Of a DNA stretch of 64,000 bases, positions 58,403 through 64,000 are shown in pieces. Made by a program: the position numbers and the translations under genes. The DNA is from Candidatus Nanoarchaeia archaeon (GTDB taxonomy: Archaea; Nanobdellota; Nanobdellia; SCGC-AAA011-G17; JACPNG01), in NCBI GenBank assembly GCA_028714375.1, contig JAQTMK010000001.1, forward strand, positions 243,636-307,635, written 5' to 3'. Below the pieces are notes generated by a model. The model was not told the DNA's origin, searched no databases, and saw only the letters and a program-made list of their open reading frames with translations. The stretch's first letter is position 1. Each line of letters opens with the position of its first letter.

Positions 58403-59104
58403 CTAACGGTAGTATTTCATGATATCTTCAATCTCGTCTTCAGAAATAGCACATCCTCTTAATTTTAATCCCCATAATAAACCCTCTAGAAGATTTTTTT
58501 TAAGGTCTATCTCAACCTTAGCCCCGTTCTGTTTAAGATAATCATCAAGAACTCCAATCTCAAAACCAACAGACATTAACTCAGTAGATCTTAGAATATT
58601 AATTTTTTTAAATTCATCTTTGAAAAAATCAAGATTATCTTTGTTTACCTCAATCTTGCTGTGTAATTTTCTTTCAAATAATTTAACCAAATCCTTAGGA
58701 TCTTCAACCAATAACCTTAAAGTTCTCTCATCAACAATCAAAGCATCTGAATTAAGGTATTCAGCCAAGGCCAAACATTCCATATCATTCTGACTTACCA
58801 AAGTTATCCAATTTCCTCTTGCCCTAATTAAGTTATTTGCTCTGTCAGCTATCTGTTTTGCTCTTTCTTTAACTCTTGGATTAGAATAAATCTCCAAAAT
58901 CCCTTTATTGACTTCAGACAAAACCTGAATCGCTTCTAATTTATATTTTTTAGAATCAAGTGGTTTAATTATAAGTTCTTCTTTAATGCCTTCAGGAATA
59001 TAAAACTGTCCTTTGAATTTTTCTTTTAGTTTTGAAAGACTCCAGAGTAAATCATTTGTTACTATGCTTATTATTGCACTTGAGTCAAAAACAAGCGATT
59101 TCAT
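58403..59104 (-). CDS. PIN-domain nuclease with a C-terminal extension
   Basis: LVFDSSAIISI (first Asp), ECLALAEYLNSDALIVDERTLRLL (third/fourth acidic motifs) match the PIN/VapC pattern; 233 aa; start overlaps the upstream gene by 4 nt. Confidence 0.55.
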   Translation of the reverse strand: MKSLVFDSSAIISIVTNDLLWSLSKLKEKFKGQFYIPEGIKEELIIKPLDSKKYKLEAIQVLSEVNKGILEIYSNPRVKERAKQIADRANNLIRARGNWITLVSQNDMECLALAEYLNSDALIVDERTLRLLVEDPKDLVKLFERKLHSKIEVNKDNLDFFKDEFKKINILRSTELMSVGFEIGVLDDYLKQNGAKVEIDLKKNLLEGLLWGLKLRGCAISEDEIEDIMKYYR

Positions 59105-59670
59105 ACTTCAAATATTCTCCTTGCTATTTCAAGTCTCTCTTTTGTTTTTTTTGTAACAAGGGGTTCAGCATCAGTAATGTCTATGTTTCCAAGATAGCTC
59201 ATCAGGTCCCAGGTGGATATTCCTAGAATTTGTGCAGCTCTTGAAGCAGATACTCCATGCTCATAAATTTTAGAACCTTTCTTGACTCTTGCACTGTTAA
59301 TCACAGAAATAATATATTTACCCAACTGGCTTTCAATCTTGGACATGCTTTTAAGTATCAGGCTTATTGAATTGTTGTATTTTATAACATCATCTCTTTC
59401 AAGACCTTCTTTTGCCTTTCCAAGATATAAAACCAAATCCTTGCTAAATCTTTCCCACTTCTTACTGTGAGTTAATTCAGGATTGTTGAAAATTTTGTAC
59501 AAAGAATAAACAACAATGGTGATACTTATTGAAGAATCATCCTGGCTTGTTGTGGCATTATGGATAGTGTGATCAGAAATTTCCTTTAAAGCTGTAACAT
59601 CGTTCTTTGAAATTGCTACTAAGGCTTCATTAATAAGATTTATTATATCCTTTTTTATTAGGTCATTCAT
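59101..59670 (-). CDS. HTH-containing protein upstream of the PIN gene (antitoxin/regulator candidate)
   Basis: 189 aa; C-terminal GVSASRAAQILGISTWDLMSYLG helix-turn-helix; its start lies 1 nt after the lgt stop. Confidence 0.5.
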   Translation of the reverse strand: MNDLIKKDIINLINEALVAISKNDVTALKEISDHTIHNATTSQDDSSISITIVVYSLYKIFNNPELTHSKKWERFSKDLVLYLGKAKEGLERDDVIKYNNSISLILKSMSKIESQLGKYIISVINSARVKKGSKIYEHGVSASRAAQILGISTWDLMSYLGNIDITDAEPLVTKKTKERLEIARRIFEV

Positions 59671-59671
59671 T

Positions 59672-60418
59672 TTATCTCTTTTTTATTAAAAGGTATATAG
59701 ATATTAGGAACAAAGGAATATTTAAAAGTTGCCCTAAAGTTAAACCACCAATCAGTCCTATCTGAACATCTGGTTCTCTGTAAAACTCTAGGATAAATCT
59801 CAAAACAGAATACAAGAACAAAAACAATCCAAAATTAAACCCGTCTTTGTGCTTATTTTTCCTTGTTGAAAATAAAACAATAAAAATAAACAGATTTTTT
59901 AATGATTCATAGATCTGTGATGGATGTCTGTATCCCTCTGCGTTTGGAAACTTAACAGCCCATGAGACATTGGTTACTCTTCCGTATAATTCTCCGTTTA
60001 TGAAATTACCAATCCTTCCTAAACACAACCCTAAAGCCAAGGGTATTACAGAAATGTCTGCTAGTTTCCAGAAATTTATTTTTTTAATTCTGGAATAAAT
60101 AAGGCCAGCAACTATTGCTCCAGCTAATCCCCCATGGAAAGATAACCCCCCTTTCCAAAGCATGATTATTTCTTCTGGATTTAATATGAAATAATTTAGA
60201 TTGTAAAACAAAACATAAAATATTCTTGCTCCAATTATTGCTCCTATAATCCCATAAAATAAAAAGTCCTCTACGTTTAGGTTAAGTTCCTTTTCCCTTG
60301 AAAGTTTTTTTAGTATAAAATAAGCCAAGATTAATGAAATAACATAGATTAATCCGTAATATCTTATCTCTAATCCAAAGACTGTCAGTAAGGTTGGATT
60401 TAAATTATGGATAAACAT
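59672..60418 (-). CDS. lgt: Prolipoprotein diacylglyceryl transferase
   Basis: 248 aa polytopic membrane protein with the Lgt signature LCLGRIGNFINGELYGR (G-R-x-x-N-F-x-N-x-E-x-x-G). Confidence 0.75.
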   Translation of the reverse strand: MFIHNLNPTLLTVFGLEIRYYGLIYVISLILAYFILKKLSREKELNLNVEDFLFYGIIGAIIGARIFYVLFYNLNYFILNPEEIIMLWKGGLSFHGGLAGAIVAGLIYSRIKKINFWKLADISVIPLALGLCLGRIGNFINGELYGRVTNVSWAVKFPNAEGYRHPSQIYESLKNLFIFIVLFSTRKNKHKDGFNFGLFLFLYSVLRFILEFYREPDVQIGLIGGLTLGQLLNIPLFLISIYLLIKKR

Positions 60419-60505
60419 AAAAAAATAAAGAAGAAGTTATTTATAGAGTTTTGGTTCGAATGGATAGGGTTAGAAGGTAATAAATGGTTGGAATTGATTA
60501 AACTC

Positions 60506-60988
60506 TTATCTTTTTAATGAATTCATTACTTGCTTAAGTTCTTTATAATTAATCAAAATAACCAAAATAATATATAAAATTTCCATTATAGCAAGTAACC
60601 CAACAACAATTAAGAAATAATCTTGCCACACATCAAAGAGGGATTGATAATTTTTTATAATATAATCTATTAAGGCAATTATAGAAAATATTAAATTCCA
60701 AAAAGTAAAATATACGAAGATGAAAGCAATAAGGTTATCATTAATGAATATTTCTTTAAGTTTTTGTGAAAGTTCATCTCCTTTACTCTCTCCGAGTTTA
60801 GATTTCCATCTATCTTTAATGACTATATATCCTACTGAAATGATTGCTGAAATAAAAAGAAACATAGAACTACTAAAAGAAAATCTATCTATTATAGCTA
60901 AAATTAAGAATATGGATGTTGGAGCAAAAAGCCCATATTTTTTAATTCCTTTCTCTAAATCTAATATTTTGAATATTTCCTCACTCAT
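60506..60988 (-). CDS. Integral membrane protein, hypothetical
   Basis: 160 aa with four hydrophobic helices. Confidence 0.5.
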   Translation of the reverse strand: MSEEIFKILDLEKGIKKYGLFAPTSIFLILAIIDRFSFSSSMFLFISAIISVGYIVIKDRWKSKLGESKGDELSQKLKEIFINDNLIAFIFVYFTFWNLIFSIIALIDYIIKNYQSLFDVWQDYFLIVVGLLAIMEILYIILVILINYKELKQVMNSLKR

Positions 60989-61094
60989 TATAGCTAAAAT
61001 TAGCCATTTCCCCTTTATATTTTTTGTTTTCTTATTTCTTATATTTTCTACCTTTTAAGTCCCTCTTACTTAACAATGCACGTCTACACAGGGA

Positions 61095-61664
61095 TTAAGG
61101 CTCTAATAATTTTTTTAATTTCAGGTGAACTTTGATAACTACTTCTTTAAAATCACTAACTAACTCCTGAATATTATCATATTCCACAAATTTTTTTTGT
61201 ATTGAACTAAACTTTACACCCCCCTTACATAGCTGAACCATTGCTTCATCATAATCAAGATTGTGGTGAAAGGCATTTCTTATAGCTCCAATTACGTTCA
61301 AATCATTAAATAAATCGTTATCAATTAGATTAATCTCAATATTCTTAGTTGGATGATTAATATGAATCATCTTTAAAAGAATTATTTTCCCAAAATAATC
61401 AATATATCTAGTTTTTAAAAAATCAGCAAAATCTGAATATTCCAGAAGAGTGGACTTTCCAGTTAAAGTCTTAACCAATAATTCATCAATTTTAAGTTCT
61501 ATATGGAGATGACCATTAAGAAATACATTTCTAGGATTACTTTGTTTTAAGGCTTCATAAAGATTATATCTCTTAGAAGTGTAACGACCAATTTTTATTT
61601 TTTTGAGTCCATCATAGTAATCGTGGGTGACCTCACCAACATCTATTTTGTTTAATCCTTTCAT
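61095..61664 (-). CDS. HEPN-domain protein
   Basis: 189 aa; C-terminal GAIRNAFHHNLDY contains the HEPN Rx4HH motif in a helical context. Confidence 0.5.
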   Translation of the reverse strand: MKGLNKIDVGEVTHDYYDGLKKIKIGRYTSKRYNLYEALKQSNPRNVFLNGHLHIELKIDELLVKTLTGKSTLLEYSDFADFLKTRYIDYFGKIILLKMIHINHPTKNIEINLIDNDLFNDLNVIGAIRNAFHHNLDYDEAMVQLCKGGVKFSSIQKKFVEYDNIQELVSDFKEVVIKVHLKLKKLLEP

Positions 61665-61669
61665 CTTAC

Positions 61670-62047
61670 CTAAACCACTTTAATCTCAGGCTCATCTGGA
61701 GTCTGTTTTGAATCTGGTTGTGGGAAGTTAATCAAAATTCCTTTTTTAATGCCTAAAACTTCCATATACTTTTTTAGCTGGACTTCTTCTTTATTACTTA
61801 ATTTAGTTCCAACAGCTTTAAGCTCAATAATCATCTTTCCGTCTTTGCCTTCATTAATAATTAAATCTGGTATTCCCTGACCTACATTATACTTTTTGTA
61901 GAAAATGGGAACTATCCTTTGGTTTTCATAAGGTATCTTGTTTAATCTTAAACCAACTTCCATAGCCTTTTGATAAATACATTCTGTGTGACCTGAGCCT
62001 AATTCATTAAACACATCTTTTGCTATTTCTTTTATCTTGTTTATCAT
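61670..62047 (-). CDS. GxxExxY-family protein (PD-(D/E)xK-like)
   Basis: 125 aa; GHTECIYQKA matches the GxxExxY signature; followed by a D...E.K-like segment (IPDLIINEGKDGKMIIELKAVG). Lies 5 nt upstream of the HEPN gene. Confidence 0.5.
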   Translation of the reverse strand: MINKIKEIAKDVFNELGSGHTECIYQKAMEVGLRLNKIPYENQRIVPIFYKKYNVGQGIPDLIINEGKDGKMIIELKAVGTKLSNKEEVQLKKYMEVLGIKKGILINFPQPDSKQTPDEPEIKVV

Positions 62048-62088
62048 TTAAGCCTCCTAAAACCTCATTTTTGGTGGGTTCTGGGTGT

Positions 62089-62493
62089 TTATATAGGTTT
62101 ACTTACTCTCAGATTTTTTTCCTTTTTCTCAGTTCTTTCATCAAAAAAATCTTTAAGTTCTTTTTTTAAGGAATTAATCTTATCTTTATGATGGGTTTTA
62201 TTTATAATTTCATTTTTTAACAGATTATCAAATAACTCTTTTTTCTTAAAAATAATTTCTAATTTTCTCAGTTCTCTTTCTTCTTTATAATTATTATACA
62301 TTTCACCCATACCCCAAAGGGTTAAGGGCACACCAAGAACGTATAGATAAAGAACTGGGCAAGTTTGAGTTAATCCAATACATATATTCTTAATACTAGC
62401 ATAATACCAAGCTCCCCCCAAACACAAGAGTCCAATAAAGGTTATTAAAAAATCGTATCTGACATATTTTGGTGGATTAAACAAACCATTCAT
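62089..62493 (-). CDS. Membrane protein, hypothetical
   Basis: 134 aa; two TM helices, then a charged C-terminus. Confidence 0.45.
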   Translation of the reverse strand: MNGLFNPPKYVRYDFLITFIGLLCLGGAWYYASIKNICIGLTQTCPVLYLYVLGVPLTLWGMGEMYNNYKEERELRKLEIIFKKKELFDNLLKNEIINKTHHKDKINSLKKELKDFFDERTEKKEKNLRVSKPI

Positions 62494-62497
62494 ATTA

Positions 62498-62728
62498 CTA
62501 CCTCATAATTTTGGATAAACTAAATACAAGAGTTGCAAATAATAAAATTGCACTTATATATTTTAAAGGTTCTATATCTTTAGTTACGCTAAAAAACATA
62601 AAAATAGTTGTCAAGGTCGCAGAACCTAATATCATTAAATCCCTTATCTCAATTTTACTCATATTCAAATTTAAATGTATTATTCCTTTAAATTCCTTTT
62701 CTTTGGGTTTTTTCCTCATTTTCACCAC
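62498..62728 (-). CDS. Small membrane protein, hypothetical
   Basis: 76 aa; two hydrophobic helices. Confidence 0.4.
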   Translation of the reverse strand: MVKMRKKPKEKEFKGIIHLNLNMSKIEIRDLMILGSATLTTIFMFFSVTKDIEPLKYISAILLFATLVFSLSKIMR

Positions 62729-62831
62729 CTTCCTGCTTTAAGCCACGCATTTGACACCTCTTTTTAGCCACGAATTTTGGACGAGACCCTCAAAAGAAAA
62801 TCTTTTAAACAAAGACTATTATTTAATTCTA

Positions 62832-63467
62832 ATGAAAAAAGAGGTAATATTTATAATCTGTGCCCATTCAGATGATGAAGCCATTGGCATGGGCGGAACC
62901 ATTTTCAAATATCTTGAAGAAAAAAAACAGTTGGTAAAAATAATATTCTCTTTTGGTGAACAGTCACATCCACATATAAAAGAAGAGCACACTAAAAAAA
63001 CAAGAGTAAAAGAAACAACAAGGATAGAAAAAAGACTTGGAATTAAAACTTATTTCTTGGGTGTTAAAGATTTTAAAATTAAAGATGAAATCCATAATAG
63101 TAAGCTAAAAGAAAATCTCTCAAATCTTATCAAAAAATACAAACCACAAAAAATATTTATGACTTCTTTGAATGATATTCACACAGATCATAGGGCAGTT
63201 GCAAATATAACTCTCGATACATGCAGGAAAATTAAATATCCTGGGGAGATCTACACCTATGAAGTTTGGGCTCCAAAAAAAGAAAATAACCCTTACATCT
63301 ACGTTGATGTTTCAAAATATCAAAAAAAGAAAATAGAACTAATAAAAGAATTTGTAAGTCAAAAAATATACACCTATCCGTTGTTATTCCTTTATTTTTT
63401 AAGATCAAGAAGCTATGGTAAAAAAATTCAGTCAAAATATGCAGAGAGGTTTTACAGAATACAATGA
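62832..63467 (+). CDS. PIG-L/LmbE-family N-acetylglucosaminyl deacetylase
   Basis: IICAHSDDEAIGMGGTI is the PIG-L AHPDDE zinc-binding motif. Start trimmed to M at 62832. Confidence 0.75.
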   Translation: MKKEVIFIICAHSDDEAIGMGGTIFKYLEEKKQLVKIIFSFGEQSHPHIKEEHTKKTRVKETTRIEKRLGIKTYFLGVKDFKIKDEIHNSKLKENLSNLIKKYKPQKIFMTSLNDIHTDHRAVANITLDTCRKIKYPGEIYTYEVWAPKKENNPYIYVDVSKYQKKKIELIKEFVSQKIYTYPLLFLYFLRSRSYGKKIQSKYAERFYRIQ

Positions 63468-64000
63468 AAATACTTTTTGTTGTTACAGGATTTGGATACG
63501 GGGATTCTGTCAGGACAGATGCAATCATAGATGAAATAAAAAAACTAAATCCAAAATCCAAGTTTTTAATTTTAGGGTATTCGAAATCCTATGCTTACTT
63601 TAGCAAAAAATATCACACCCTGGAAGTTGAGGGTTATAATTTCCCAGATAAGGACATGAAATTCAGTGCTTCAAAGTTTTTGCTGAGAAATTTTTATCTC
63701 CCAAAGAAATGGTTTAATAATTTTAAAAAACACAAGACAATAATAGAAGATTTTAACCCAGACATCGTTGTTTCTGATTTTGAACCGCTTGGGATAATCA
63801 TTGCAAGAAAGTTAGGTATAAAATGTATCTCCATATTTGGATTTGATCCTTTAACATACAAAGACTATCCCAATAAAAAAGGAATTTTGAGTTTGCAGTC
63901 AACCTATATCAGCAGGGTTTACCATGAATCTGATCTGGTAATCATTCCTTCATTTAAAAAACAAAAGGCCCACAGCAATATTATCTATGTAAACCCAATA
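63464..64000 (+). CDS. Glycosyltransferase (GT1/MGT-like, MJ1255 type), N-terminal part; 3' end outside the window
   Basis: MKILFVVTGFGYGDSVR N-terminal Rossmann glycine-rich motif; start overlaps the PIG-L stop (ATGA), so it is coupled to the deacetylase. Confidence 0.65.
   Translation, partial: MKILFVVTGFGYGDSVRTDAIIDEIKKLNPKSKFLILGYSKSYAYFSKKYHTLEVEGYNFPDKDMKFSASKFLLRNFYLPKKWFNNFKKHKTIIEDFNPDIVVSDFEPLGIIIARKLGIKCISIFGFDPLTYKDYPNKKGILSLQSTYISRVYHESDLVIIPSFKKQKAHSNIIYVNPI

Noticed and set aside
1-64000. CRISPR arrays and cas genes
   Set aside because: I looked for regularly spaced 25-40-nt direct repeats in intergenic regions and for Cas signature motifs; none were seen.
1-64000. Possibility that the contig is bacterial (CPR), given the RSH, Lgt and MacB-like genes
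   Set aside because: Multiple archaea-specific markers (RpoN, RpoP, L37Ae, Rpp21, Pth2, GatD/E, archaeal initiator tRNA with A1:U72, intron-bearing tRNA) are spread across the whole window. The bacterial-type genes are more likely horizontal acquisitions, though a chimeric assembly cannot be excluded without read data.

Overview
This window is a low-GC (~30%) stretch of an archaeal chromosome, most likely DPANN-like given the small-genome character. The archaeal assignment rests on archaea-specific markers: RpoN, RpoP, ribosomal protein L37Ae, RNase P subunit Rpp21, Pth2, prefoldin beta, GatD/GatE, an archaeal-type SepF next to FtsZ, the SecF-SecD gene order, SMC and RNase HII. Both GGAGG-type ribosome-binding sites and TATA-like boxes are visible. 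Stable RNAs found: a stand-alone 5S rRNA, tRNA-Pro(TGG), tRNA-Gly(TCC), tRNA-Ser(GCT), an initiator-type tRNA-Met(CAT), and a 96-nt intron-containing tRNA that may be Trp(CCA). No CRISPR array was seen. Housekeeping content includes DNA ligase, Dus, a MiaB-like radical SAM enzyme, SufS-type desulfurase, ADP-forming acyl-CoA synthetase, AMP phosphorylase, an ABC efflux locus with two FtsX-like permeases, and a long RelA/SpoT homologue that is unexpected in an archaeon. There are two accessory regions. The first (about 1.8-10.4 kb) lies between the 5S rRNA with an IS4-family transposase and tRNA-Pro; it carries an AbrB/MazE-like plus winged-helix pair, an RHH regulator, a translationally coupled pair of unknown genes, a Doc/Fic-family toxin coupled to a membrane protein, and a trio of zinc-ribbon/charged proteins. 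The second (about 57.2-62.1 kb) begins at the intron-containing tRNA; it contains a triple-HTH plus PD-(D/E)xK (Hjc/Mrr-like) nuclease overlapping the tRNA, an lgt / HTH-protein / PIN-nuclease operon, and a HEPN plus GxxExxY nuclease-like pair. These last modules are the best candidates for an undescribed defence or toxin system. All functional calls are based on motif recognition by eye; no database search was run.
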